DNA of 64,000 nt from an uncultured Clostridia bacterium (GTDB lineage Bacteria; Bacillota; Clostridia; TANB77; CAG-465), in contig CANQUF010000001.1 of assembly GCA_947626975.1 (NCBI GenBank), positions 22,980-86,979 on the forward strand, given 5' to 3'. Each line of letters opens with the position of its first letter. Position 1 is the first letter of the stretch. Shown piece after piece: positions 18,703 to 28,664 of the stretch. A program made the position numbers and the translations under genes. The notes under the pieces are model-generated. The model was not told the origin of the DNA and searched no databases. It saw only the letters and a program-made list of their open reading frames with translations.

Positions 18703-20931
18703 TTAAGTTATTCTATTTTTTATTTTTTTAGCTAATTTCCATATTCTAGATCTTCTAATATTTTCATATTTATATACAACATGTCCATATAGTGATTTAT
18801 AATTTTTAAATTCTGTTTCTATATAATTCTTCTTGTAATCATTAAACTTATATACATTAATATACTTATTTTTACTTTCTATATTCTCATATAATTTTTG
18901 ATAATATTTCTGCATTTCTTCTATTGTCTTATATTTATATTTTTTAAAATTATTTTTCTTACTATAATACTCTTCTTCATTATTACATATTTTCGCAATT
19001 TTTTCAAGTATTTCTTCATAAGTAGAATTAATATCAATAACCCATCCTAAATCATCGTTTTTAACTCTATCACCAACAGCACCTATATTAAAAGTTAAAA
19101 CAGGTATATGTGCCATATAACTTTCAGTTAAAGTATATGAATATGTCTCAGGCCACGTAGTAAAAATACATACTAAATCTATATTGTTATCTACAAGTAA
19201 TTGAGGTAATTCCCCTCTTCTATATTCTCCATGATTTATGTAATTTTTTTGTTTAGTATTTAAAAATTTATCATTTGATTTACCAAATAAATGTATCTTT
19301 ATATTTGAATTTTTATTTCTAATTATTAGATTTTTTAATACATTGATACCTTTATGTATAGCCATAGCACCGACAAAAGCTATATTAAATTGTTTTCTTT
19401 CATCTTTACTATTATTTTTCTTAAAATTAACATTTTTTACTTCAACACCATGCTCTACAACTTCAAAATTCAAATCATTATATACTTTTTTAAACATATT
19501 CTTAGTATTTTGAGATGGAAGCAAAATTCTATCAAATTTTCTTAAAACTTCTCTACAAATATTTTGCCAATTTTTTAATATATTACTATTGACACCAAAC
19601 CTCATTTTTAAACATCTTAAGCAATCTTTTTCCTTATCATACTCACAAAATTTTTCCTTATATACCATATTAATAGAAGGACATATCATATATAAATCAT
19701 GTAGAGTAATTACTGAATATATGTTTAATTCTTTTGCTATATCTATAGCATCAAAAGTTTGAAATAAAAAATGATGAACATGTAATATATCAATGTTAAA
19801 ACATTCAAATATATTTCGTACAATATCTTTATATGTATTATTTGTATAATTTATTTGCCCATAATAATTTATATCTGTGCTATAACTTGCAATCTTTTTT
19901 TTAAATTTTTTTACATACAGATATAAATCAAATCTAGACAAGTCATATTTATTAGGTACTAACACAAAACTTGCAATATTATTATTTAAATTTGAATTAA
20001 TAATATCTTTTAAATGAAGAGATGTCCCACCTGTCATTTCCATATTTTCTTCCCATTCATTTACTAAATATAATATTTTTTTGTTATTATATAATAAAAT
20101 ATTAAAATTTATATTTTCTTGTATATCACTTATTGGATTTAATCCCAAAAAATTGTCAGTTTTTTGAACATATATAGGATGTTTTTTTCTCAATAATTCC
20201 ATATGTTCCTTAATTAATGCAGCTCTAGTAGAAGTTAAGTTTTCTTTTTTAAAACTTTGAGTACCTTTATGAAAAATAAATGTATTATCACACAAAACAT
20301 TAGTATATCCATGATCTAATGCTCTATAACAAAAATCATTTTCTTCTCCATATCCTTTACCAAACGTTTCATCATCAAATAGTCCTATTTCATCAATAAC
20401 GTCTCTCTTTATAAACATACAAAATCCATTACCAGTAGTTAATTGTGGATATCTAGAAATCGAAATTTTTTCTACCATATTAGCATATTCATCTAATGTC
20501 ATGTTGTCCGGTAATTCATTATCCACCCCAAAATTTGGTACTGAAGCAATAGTCCCATTATTAGTTAAAGGTGTAACTGTTGCTATATATCTATTTGAAT
20601 ATGCACATTTACATATTTTTTCAATCCAATTTTTCGTTACCTCAGTATCACTATTTAATAATATAACATCGTTTTTAGAATATTGCATTCCTCTATTTAC
20701 TGTTTTAACAAATCCCATATTTTCTTTATTTTCAAGTACTATAATATTTAAATTTTCATAATCAGACTTGTACTTAGTAAGCATTGGAAGTATATTTTTA
20801 TCAGGGCTTTTATCATTTATTAAAAGTAAATTATTTTTCTTTAAATCTGTGTTTTTAATTATACTTTTTATACAATCAGATGTATATTCATATGCATTAT
20901 ATATTGGTACAACTATATCTATATTTTTCAT
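18703..20931 (-). CDS. bifunctional glycosyltransferase (N-terminal GT2 + C-terminal GT4/GT-B domain)
   Basis: The N-terminus is IDIVVPIYNAYEYT...LINDKSPD (GT-A). The C-terminal half has a GT-B signature (FGxS..., E-x7-E-like TESYMAHIPVLTFNIGAVGDRV). Confidence 0.7.
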   Translation of the reverse strand: MKNIDIVVPIYNAYEYTSDCIKSIIKNTDLKKNNLLLINDKSPDKNILPMLTKYKSDYENLNIIVLENKENMGFVKTVNRGMQYSKNDVILLNSDTEVTKNWIEKICKCAYSNRYIATVTPLTNNGTIASVPNFGVDNELPDNMTLDEYANMVEKISISRYPQLTTGNGFCMFIKRDVIDEIGLFDDETFGKGYGEENDFCYRALDHGYTNVLCDNTFIFHKGTQSFKKENLTSTRAALIKEHMELLRKKHPIYVQKTDNFLGLNPISDIQENINFNILLYNNKKILYLVNEWEENMEMTGGTSLHLKDIINSNLNNNIASFVLVPNKYDLSRFDLYLYVKKFKKKIASYSTDINYYGQINYTNNTYKDIVRNIFECFNIDILHVHHFLFQTFDAIDIAKELNIYSVITLHDLYMICPSINMVYKEKFCEYDKEKDCLRCLKMRFGVNSNILKNWQNICREVLRKFDRILLPSQNTKNMFKKVYNDLNFEVVEHGVEVKNVNFKKNNSKDERKQFNIAFVGAMAIHKGINVLKNLIIRNKNSNIKIHLFGKSNDKFLNTKQKNYINHGEYRRGELPQLLVDNNIDLVCIFTTWPETYSYTLTESYMAHIPVLTFNIGAVGDRVKNDDLGWVIDINSTYEEILEKIAKICNNEEEYYSKKNNFKKYKYKTIEEMQKYYQKLYENIESKNKYINVYKFNDYKKNYIETEFKNYKSLYGHVVYKYENIRRSRIWKLAKKIKNRIT

Positions 20932-20945
20932 ATACTCTCCTTTTC

Positions 20946-23900
20946 TTAATCAAATTTAATTGATAATCCTGTATTTTTTTTACTTAAATTTGGACTAAAG
21001 AATATATCACCTTTATCGTAATATTTTTCCCATTTTTTTATAAATTCTTCATCATTTTTATAGTTTTCTCCTATAATAGATAATTCTTCTATACAAAATG
21101 ATACCATAGGATTTATAACAACTTGTTTTTCTATATCTAATATTTTTAAACAAGTATCTATACTTGTTAACAAACCTTCAAAATCTTCAGTAAATCCATT
21201 AATTGCATTATATACATTTCTATCAATCATAGCATATTTTATATAGACGCATGACAAATTATGTATTATCTCAAGCCTTTGCATATATGTTCCTATATCT
21301 TTAGATACACCTTTATATATAAAATCACCTACTCCATTCATACCTAATACTATACCACAATGTTCAACTAAATTTTGTGAATTATACAACTTAGTTCCAA
21401 CAATTCCAACACTTGGATCTTGACATATTCCTAATAAATTTTCAATAAATAATTCATCATCTATTTCTAATAATTCATTATCAAAAATTATAAAATAATC
21501 TCCTGTACTATTATTTATAGCTTTATTATAACTACATATTATATTTTTATCTCCAAGAATTATTTTATCTACATCAAAGTTTTGTGATTTAAAATCAGTA
21601 ATAAGCACTAATTCCAAATTAGAATATTTAGATATTTTTATTTTTTGAATAATCTTTTTAATATCATCTACACTTGTGTTAAGTCCATCTATTATTATAC
21701 TAACTTTTGGATTTCCTTTCACCTTATAAGTTATATCATAGCTTCCCGGAGATAAACCATCAGTTACTTCTACTTCTGTATTTAGGCTTCTCATTATATG
21801 ATCTTTTATTACTTTCTTACCAATTTCATACGCGTATGGTTTAGAATCAGCATTTTGAGCAGTTGAATTAATATGTGAACGCCAATGGTATAAAACTTTA
21901 GGAATATGAATGATATTTTTTGTATTTTCCACTGCTCTGCAAACTATATCATAATCCTGACTTCCATCATATTCACTCCTAAATCCACCTATTTTTTCTA
22001 ATAAATCTTTCTTAAATATACTAAAATGACAAATATAATTAGCACTATTTAAAGTATAAGGTGAAAAGTCTGGTTTGAAAAATACTCCAAATCTATTTGA
22101 AAGACTATTTTCAAATTTATCTTCATCAGTATATATAAATTCAACATAAGGATTATCATTTATTGCTTTAGCTACCTCATACAAAGAAAATTTTGGCAAT
22201 AGGTCGTCATGATCTAAAAGTCCAATATAATCTCCTGTTGCAAGTTTTAATGCCTCATTAGTATTCCCAGAAATACCTTTATTTTCAGAAATAACAGTAT
22301 ATTTAATTCTTGAATCTCCTTTAAAAAATTTTTTAGCAAACTCTAATGGTTTAGGACTACCATCTGCAAGACACAATTCCCAATTAGAATAAGTTTGTTC
22401 AAACATGCAGTCAATTAATTCTTTTAAAAACTTTTTGGGAGTATTGTATAAAGGTACTACAATACTAATTTTAGGTTTAAAAAAAATTTTTTCTTCCTTT
22501 TGTTTACTAATTTCAATAGGATTAGGCTCATTTTTCTTTATCCATTTTTCATATATATATTTCTCTGAATGTAACTTTTCAACTTTATTTCTAAATATTT
22601 TTTTTACGAAATTTCTTCTTTTACTATTTAATGGAAACAATTTTCCGAATTTTATATTATTATTTGTTATTTTTTCTAATTCTAAAGTTTTTATATAGTC
22701 TTGCTTTTTTTTGTTATCACTTTCTAATAATTTTATATATTCGTTTTGCCTAATATTATTTAATTCATAATCTTCCAATTTTCCCTTTAATACACTAACG
22801 TAATTTGTATCATATAAATTTTCTAAAGAATTTTTATTTATATATTGCATTGTACTATCTACAATTTGACTTTGAATATATTTTTCAATTTTATCAAATA
22901 ATTTAATATATTGAGTAATATTATATCTATAAAACATTTCTTCTTTTGAAATTACACTCTGAATTTCAATATTATAAGAATAAAGATTTCTTATTGCTCT
23001 ATAAATTATAAATTCTAGAGGAATTCCAGTAAAACACCACTCTTGATCAAAAAAAACAAATTTTTCATCATTGATAAAAGTATTTTCAAAAACTAAATCT
23101 ATATAACAATTTTTTAAAATTATTAAATTTTCATAATTTTCTTTATCATCTAATAAAATATTTTCATTTAGTCTATATCTTTCAGAGTTTTGTAATTTTA
23201 ACTTTATTTCTTTATACCATAAATCAATTATTTTATAAACATCTTCGAATTGTTTGTTTAATATTTTTTTTACTATTATTTTATCTAATGTATCACCACT
23301 TATATAAGGACTAATTATCTTATTACTATCCAAGTAATCTGCAATATTGAAGTTCAATTTTTTTAATTCTTTTGTATTTTTATCTATATTTATAAGATGA
23401 TTTTTTGAACATTCGTTAATGTTATTCTTTATTACTATATTTGAATATATCTTTGTTAATAATTGGTATTGTTTCTTTCTATTATTATTATAACTTACAA
23501 ATTTCACTTTGGATAAATTAGTATCATTGCTTGCACCAATTTCAATTAAATAAGAATTAGAAAAAAAAGGTAATTGTTTATTTTTAGTTATTTGCTTTAA
23601 TGCTCTTAACTCATCAAATGTTACTACACTACCTTTAGTATATAAAACATTATACATAAGTTTAGTAGAAGTTTCACTTGGAATATATTCATCTGAAAAA
23701 ATAACATTTGGTATTTTATAATTTGGGAAAGGATAGTAAAATTTATAATTTAAAAGTCCAAGTTCCTTTAATTTGTTTTCTATTTCGTACTTACTAAATA
23801 TTATTGTATCATTACTAAGTATTGATTCATATAAATTTAGCTCTTCATACTTTGAGCCAGCAAAATACGTAATTCCAAATCTATTATCAGTTGCAAGTAA

Positions 23901-24365
23901 AATTATAGTTGTTTTTTTTGTAAATTTTTTTAAAAATGGTAATAATTCTAGTCTATATAAAAGAATATAATCAAATTTTTCATCTAATGTTATACTATCA
24001 ACATCACCTACTATTATTTCTAAATTCAGTTTATCTTCATATCTTTTAGCAATTGCCTTAGCTTTATCTATTGAAGGTTCAATTGCCACAACTTTATCCA
24101 GCTTATCACATAACTCTCCAGTAATTTCACCAAAATTAGCACCTATTTCTAAAATAGAACATTTTGGATTAAAATCATACCAATTTACAATATTTCTTCT
24201 ATAATCTGATAAAGCATAAATTTTCTCTATATCAGGATATTTCTTTAATATTTCTTCATACTCACTATTTGTACAATTATTTATGCAATCTAATATGCTT
24301 TTTTCATTACTATTTATATCAGATTCTTCATTTTTCTGTGTAATATAGCTTAAGTTTAACTTCAA
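20946..24365 (-). CDS. trifunctional SAM-methyltransferase / coiled-coil / dual-GT2 glycosyltransferase (WsaE-like)
   Basis: N-terminal class-I MTase (LEIGANFGEITGEL...IVGDVD) paralogous to the 428-aa protein. A ~150-aa Lys/Glu-rich predicted coiled region lies at aa 480-620. Two GT2 domains follow (ISIVVPLYNTPKKF...DGS and VSIIIDGLNT...), paralogous to the whole 599-aa protein. Apparent TTG start with an AAGGAGG RBS. Confidence 0.65.
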   Translation of the reverse strand: MKLNLSYITQKNEESDINSNEKSILDCINNCTNSEYEEILKKYPDIEKIYALSDYRRNIVNWYDFNPKCSILEIGANFGEITGELCDKLDKVVAIEPSIDKAKAIAKRYEDKLNLEIIVGDVDSITLDEKFDYILLYRLELLPFLKKFTKKTTIILLATDNRFGITYFAGSKYEELNLYESILSNDTIIFSKYEIENKLKELGLLNYKFYYPFPNYKIPNVIFSDEYIPSETSTKLMYNVLYTKGSVVTFDELRALKQITKNKQLPFFSNSYLIEIGASNDTNLSKVKFVSYNNNRKKQYQLLTKIYSNIVIKNNINECSKNHLINIDKNTKELKKLNFNIADYLDSNKIISPYISGDTLDKIIVKKILNKQFEDVYKIIDLWYKEIKLKLQNSERYRLNENILLDDKENYENLIILKNCYIDLVFENTFINDEKFVFFDQEWCFTGIPLEFIIYRAIRNLYSYNIEIQSVISKEEMFYRYNITQYIKLFDKIEKYIQSQIVDSTMQYINKNSLENLYDTNYVSVLKGKLEDYELNNIRQNEYIKLLESDNKKKQDYIKTLELEKITNNNIKFGKLFPLNSKRRNFVKKIFRNKVEKLHSEKYIYEKWIKKNEPNPIEISKQKEEKIFFKPKISIVVPLYNTPKKFLKELIDCMFEQTYSNWELCLADGSPKPLEFAKKFFKGDSRIKYTVISENKGISGNTNEALKLATGDYIGLLDHDDLLPKFSLYEVAKAINDNPYVEFIYTDEDKFENSLSNRFGVFFKPDFSPYTLNSANYICHFSIFKKDLLEKIGGFRSEYDGSQDYDIVCRAVENTKNIIHIPKVLYHWRSHINSTAQNADSKPYAYEIGKKVIKDHIMRSLNTEVEVTDGLSPGSYDITYKVKGNPKVSIIIDGLNTSVDDIKKIIQKIKISKYSNLELVLITDFKSQNFDVDKIILGDKNIICSYNKAINNSTGDYFIIFDNELLEIDDELFIENLLGICQDPSVGIVGTKLYNSQNLVEHCGIVLGMNGVGDFIYKGVSKDIGTYMQRLEIIHNLSCVYIKYAMIDRNVYNAINGFTEDFEGLLTSIDTCLKILDIEKQVVINPMVSFCIEELSIIGENYKNDEEFIKKWEKYYDKGDIFFSPNLSKKNTGLSIKFD

Positions 24366-24395
24366 TATACTACCTCCTTGTATAAAATTTAATAA

Positions 24396-26195
24396 TTAAT
24401 ATTTTTTACCAACATCAATTACAAATAAATAGCTATCTAATCTAAAATTTTTATTAAAATATGGATCTCCATCATTTAATTGTTTTTCCCATTTATTCTT
24501 AAATAATTCTATTTCACTAGCAAATCTTTTTCTTTTTTCAGGAGTATCTTCATTTCCCCTAGTTTTTGATTCATAATGATATAATTTTGCAAAAGGTGTA
24601 TATACAACTAAATACCCTTTTTCCCTTACTTTCATACAAAAATCAACATCATTAAATGCTACTTTAAAATCTGTATCCAGACCATTTACCTGATCATACA
24701 CTTTAGATTTTACTAATAAACATGCTGCAGTAACTGCAGAGAAATTATTGATGATATTTGCTCTTGAAAAATACCCCGGATCATTATCTTTTATGTTTTT
24801 ATGAATATGTCCTGCTACTCCTCCTATACCAATTATTACTCCAGCATGCTGTACTGTATTATCATAATATAATAATTTTGCACCTACAATTCCTACATTG
24901 TTTTGTTGACAAATTCCAAGCATTTCTTCAATCCAATTTTTAGTTATAATTTCAACATCATTATTTAATAATAATATATACTCACCTTTAGCAAATTTTC
25001 TACCAAAATTATTTATTTTAGAAAAATTAAATTCTTTTTCTTTATAATTTACAACTTGTACATTTTGATACTTTTGTAATGAATTATAATATTCAAAAAT
25101 ATCATCTTTTTCACTATTATTTTCTACAATTATAATTTCATAATTTTTGTATGATGATTTAAAAATTGAATGTAAACATTTTTTTAAATCCTCCAAAGAA
25201 TCTTTGTTAGGAATTATAATACTAACTAAAGGAGCTCCAACAATATCATAATTTACTTTATATGTACCTGGAACTTCAAGTAACTCAACACTTCCTTTTA
25301 TATTAAGTCTTTTAAGTTGATCTTCTATTGCATTTTTCCCTGCAATAAAAGCATAAGATTTAGAGTCAGTATTTTTTGAAGTTGAATTCTCATGCGCTCT
25401 CCAATGATATAAAATCTTAGGAATATGAACTATATTATTTGTACTCTCAGTTGCTCTTAATATTATATCATAATCTTGTGCACCATCGTATTTACTTCTA
25501 AAATTACCAATTTTATCTAATAAAGTCTTTTTAAATATACTAAAATGACATATATAATTATAACTTCTTAAAGTATCTGGTGAAAAATCTGGCTTAAAAT
25601 GTGGATTTTTTCTTACATACTTAGAATCTATTATATCCTCATCAGAATATATAAATTCTACACCAGGATTATTGTTTATAGTTTGTACCACTTCAAATAA
25701 AGAAAATTTAGGCAATAAATCATCATGATCTAGCAATGCAATATATTCTCCTGTAGCTAGTTTTAAAGCTTCATTCGTATTCTCTGATATTCCTTTATTA
25801 ACTCCTAAAAATTTATATACAAACCTATTATCATTCTCAAAGTACTTTTTTAACAATTCGTTTTCTTTTTCACTACCATCTGCTAAACACACTTCAAAAT
25901 TGCTGTATGTTTGATTTTTTAAACTTTCTATTAATTCAGCAAAGAATTTTTCATTTGTATTATACATTGGTACTAAAATGCTAATTTTAGGAGTATATTT
26001 AAATTTATAGTTAACTTGTTTCTTTAATTGATTATTATTAGGTTCATTGTTTTTAATCCATGTTTTATAGTCTACATTAAATCTAGAATATGTTTTAAAA
26101 ATTTTTATTTTCCTGATGACTTTTCTAATTGTCTCTTTTATTCCATAATTCTTTAAGTAATAAAATAATTTCTTTAACAATTTCATATATAACAC
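24396..26195 (-). CDS. dual-domain GT2 glycosyltransferase (polymerase-type)
   Basis: Two GT-A domains (ISILVPMYNTNEKF...LADGS and VSIIIPNKDSLEDL...IIVENNS), each with DxD-type motifs (LLDHDD, LLLNNDVE). Strong similarity to residues ~600-1139 of the upstream 1139-aa protein. Confidence 0.7.
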   Translation of the reverse strand: MLYMKLLKKLFYYLKNYGIKETIRKVIRKIKIFKTYSRFNVDYKTWIKNNEPNNNQLKKQVNYKFKYTPKISILVPMYNTNEKFFAELIESLKNQTYSNFEVCLADGSEKENELLKKYFENDNRFVYKFLGVNKGISENTNEALKLATGEYIALLDHDDLLPKFSLFEVVQTINNNPGVEFIYSDEDIIDSKYVRKNPHFKPDFSPDTLRSYNYICHFSIFKKTLLDKIGNFRSKYDGAQDYDIILRATESTNNIVHIPKILYHWRAHENSTSKNTDSKSYAFIAGKNAIEDQLKRLNIKGSVELLEVPGTYKVNYDIVGAPLVSIIIPNKDSLEDLKKCLHSIFKSSYKNYEIIIVENNSEKDDIFEYYNSLQKYQNVQVVNYKEKEFNFSKINNFGRKFAKGEYILLLNNDVEIITKNWIEEMLGICQQNNVGIVGAKLLYYDNTVQHAGVIIGIGGVAGHIHKNIKDNDPGYFSRANIINNFSAVTAACLLVKSKVYDQVNGLDTDFKVAFNDVDFCMKVREKGYLVVYTPFAKLYHYESKTRGNEDTPEKRKRFASEIELFKNKWEKQLNDGDPYFNKNFRLDSYLFVIDVGKKY

Positions 26196-26210
26196 CTACA
26201 TAAATTATAT

Positions 26211-27350
26211 TTATTTAATATTTTTAAAAATATCCACACTATCAAGTTTTTCCCAATAACACTCAATTTCTTCTTTATCATCTAAATATTTTCTTCCAAA
26301 ATGCCCACCATTACAAGAATTAGTGTAAATAGGTGTACGTAAATTAAGTTTTTCAATTATTCCCTTTGGAGATAAATCAAAGTTATCATATATTGATTTA
26401 ATTATTTTGGCCTCTTCCACTTTATTAGTTCCTTTACAATTTACACTTATCGAAATTGGCTGTGCTACCCCAATTGCATAAGAAAGTTGAATTAGACATT
26501 CGTCTGCAATTTTTGACGCAACTATATTCTTAGCTAAGTATCTTGCCATATATGCAGCAGAACGATCAACTTTAGTAGGATCTTTTCCAGAGAAAGCACC
26601 GCCCCCATGTGGAGCATATCCGCCATATGTATCAACTATTATTTTCCTTCCTGTAAGACCAGCATCTCCCTCTGGTCCCCCAATAACAAATCTTCCAGTA
26701 GGATTAATAAGTATTTTAAAATCTTCATTTAAATTATATTTTCTAGCAATAACCTTCATAATGTGTTCGATAATATATTTTTTAAACTTGTCCTCATTAT
26801 AATTACTATCATGTTGAATAGACATTAACATTGTATCAATTCTTACTTTTTTTGATGTATAATCTAATGTTACTTGAGATTTCATATCAGGACCTGCCCA
26901 TTCAAATTTTCCAGATTTTCTTAGTACTGTAGCAAGTTTAACAAGTTCATGTGCCATAGTAATAGCTAGAGGCATAAATTGTGGTGTTTCAGTATTTGCA
27001 TATCCAAACATTATACCTTGATCACCTGCTCCACCAACATCATCATTTGTACCAAGTGCAATATCTTGTGATTGTTTTTGTAATAAATTTAATACTCTTG
27101 GAGTATATGTATATCCTATACTTTTAATAGTTTTTTTTACAATTTCTTCTACATTTATATTTGCTTTTGTTGTAATTTCACCTGAAAGAATAATAAAATC
27201 ATCTTTTGCCATTGTTTCACATGCAACTCTAGAATATTTATCTTCTTTTAAACAAGCATCAAGTATTGAGTCTGATATCATATCACATACATGATCAGGA
27301 TGTCCGATTGATACTGCTTCAGATGTAAATAATTTTTTATACTCACTCAT
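26211..27350 (-). CDS. metK: S-adenosylmethionine synthetase (methionine adenosyltransferase), divergent copy embedded in glycan locus
   Basis: MetK signatures: FTSEAVSIGHPDHVCDMISDSILDA, GAGDQG and GGGAFSGKDPTKVDRSAAY. The 27-nt upstream gap leaves no room for an S-box riboswitch. Confidence 0.85.
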   Translation of the reverse strand: MSEYKKLFTSEAVSIGHPDHVCDMISDSILDACLKEDKYSRVACETMAKDDFIILSGEITTKANINVEEIVKKTIKSIGYTYTPRVLNLLQKQSQDIALGTNDDVGGAGDQGIMFGYANTETPQFMPLAITMAHELVKLATVLRKSGKFEWAGPDMKSQVTLDYTSKKVRIDTMLMSIQHDSNYNEDKFKKYIIEHIMKVIARKYNLNEDFKILINPTGRFVIGGPEGDAGLTGRKIIVDTYGGYAPHGGGAFSGKDPTKVDRSAAYMARYLAKNIVASKIADECLIQLSYAIGVAQPISISVNCKGTNKVEEAKIIKSIYDNFDLSPKGIIEKLNLRTPIYTNSCNGGHFGRKYLDDKEEIECYWEKLDSVDIFKNIK

Positions 27351-27377
27351 AAAAAACCTCTTTTCTTTTTAATTTCT

Positions 27378-28664
27378 TTATTTTTTTATTTTCTTGTTAA
27401 TTTTTCTTATTATATTTGTATATCTCCATGTTCTTGAATGATATATTTTCTCTAATTCTTCCTTTAATAACTTTGACTCATTAGTTAATTTACAAACGGA
27501 ATTATTTAAATTTGCAATATTTTCTTCTTGTGTCATATATCTGTTAGAAAAAAATCTACAAAGATTCTCATTTTCTCCTTTTTCACCAAGTTTTAATTCT
27601 TTTTTAAGTTCACCAGAATTTGTTATATTAATTTTTTCTCTTTTTTTATCTTTAAACAAATCCAATTTTTCTTTTTCATATACTCCATTACTTGTTTTCG
27701 TAATCATATATAAATCGTTTAAATTAGCCTTACTATTGAATACTGCAAAATCAATTTCATTTTTTAACTTATCTTCACTACATTCAATGAAAAAAGAATT
27801 AGCAAAAAAGTCAAATTTATTTTCTTTAATTAACTCTTTATATGCTTTTTTTTCTTCAAAATTTAGTATTGTATTATCATAATAATATGGAGAATATAAA
27901 TTATCTATATCTTCTTCTAGTGGCAAACATTCATCAGAAAATATAACATTTGGTAATTTATAATCTGGAAGAGGATAATAAAATCTAACATTTGATAATC
28001 CATTTCTAGTAAGTAGATCCTGAATTTCTTTTTTTCCAAATGTAATAGGCCCTTTTTTGTTACTATATCCAACAATACCATCATATTTTATACTTGTATG
28101 ATCTTCAACTGCACCTGCAAAATATTTAATACCAAATTTATTTTCAATTGCAATTAAAAGCTTTCCATCAGGTTTTAATAGCTTTTTAATATTAGTTAAA
28201 AATTCATCAAAAGGATTATCTGATTTAGTAAATAAATTAGCATATTCTAAAACCCCAATAAGAGTAATATAATCAAATTTTTTGTCAAATTTTATATCAT
28301 TCAAATTACCTACAATAATTTCTAAATTATCACATTTTTTATGTTTAGAAGCAATAACACTTGCCCTCTGCTTAGAAAGCTCAATTGAAGTAACAGATTT
28401 TGCTTTTTTACAAAGTACTCCAGTAATAGCACCCATTCCAGCTCCAATTTCAAGAATATCAGAATTTTTCTTAAATGGATACCAATTTAATATATTTTCT
28501 CTTATATATGTAAAATGATAAAAAACAGGCCATCTCATATCATTAGATAATATATCATTATATTTATCTCTAGAAAAATTTTCAGAATATTTCATTATAT
28601 CTTTTTCTACTTCACCATCACAATATGAATCTTCTCCATTATAATAATCATAGTTTATTTTCAT
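27378..28664 (-). CDS. class-I SAM-dependent methyltransferase with C-terminal coiled-coil (WbdD-like chain terminator candidate)
   Basis: MTase motif I LEIGAGMGAITGVL, an acidic motif II and LLKPDGKLLIA. The C-terminal ~60 aa are predicted coiled-coil. It overlaps wzt by 17 nt. Confidence 0.65.
   Translation of the reverse strand: MKINYDYYNGEDSYCDGEVEKDIMKYSENFSRDKYNDILSNDMRWPVFYHFTYIRENILNWYPFKKNSDILEIGAGMGAITGVLCKKAKSVTSIELSKQRASVIASKHKKCDNLEIIVGNLNDIKFDKKFDYITLIGVLEYANLFTKSDNPFDEFLTNIKKLLKPDGKLLIAIENKFGIKYFAGAVEDHTSIKYDGIVGYSNKKGPITFGKKEIQDLLTRNGLSNVRFYYPLPDYKLPNVIFSDECLPLEEDIDNLYSPYYYDNTILNFEEKKAYKELIKENKFDFFANSFFIECSEDKLKNEIDFAVFNSKANLNDLYMITKTSNGVYEKEKLDLFKDKKREKINITNSGELKKELKLGEKGENENLCRFFSNRYMTQEENIANLNNSVCKLTNESKLLKEELEKIYHSRTWRYTNIIRKINKKIKK

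Noticed and set aside
19880-19915. Homopolymeric T7-T8 tracts inside GT genes as phase-variation switches
   Set aside because: Such tracts are frequent throughout this ~27% GC sequence, in housekeeping genes as well. No frameshifted GT ORFs are seen, so there is no evidence of phase variation.
26211-27350. Interpretation of this metK as the ordinary housekeeping gene
   Set aside because: This cannot be excluded from this window alone. It is disfavoured because there is no S-box leader (27-nt gap) and the gene is embedded between two methyltransferase genes in an operon-like array. It needs a whole-genome check.
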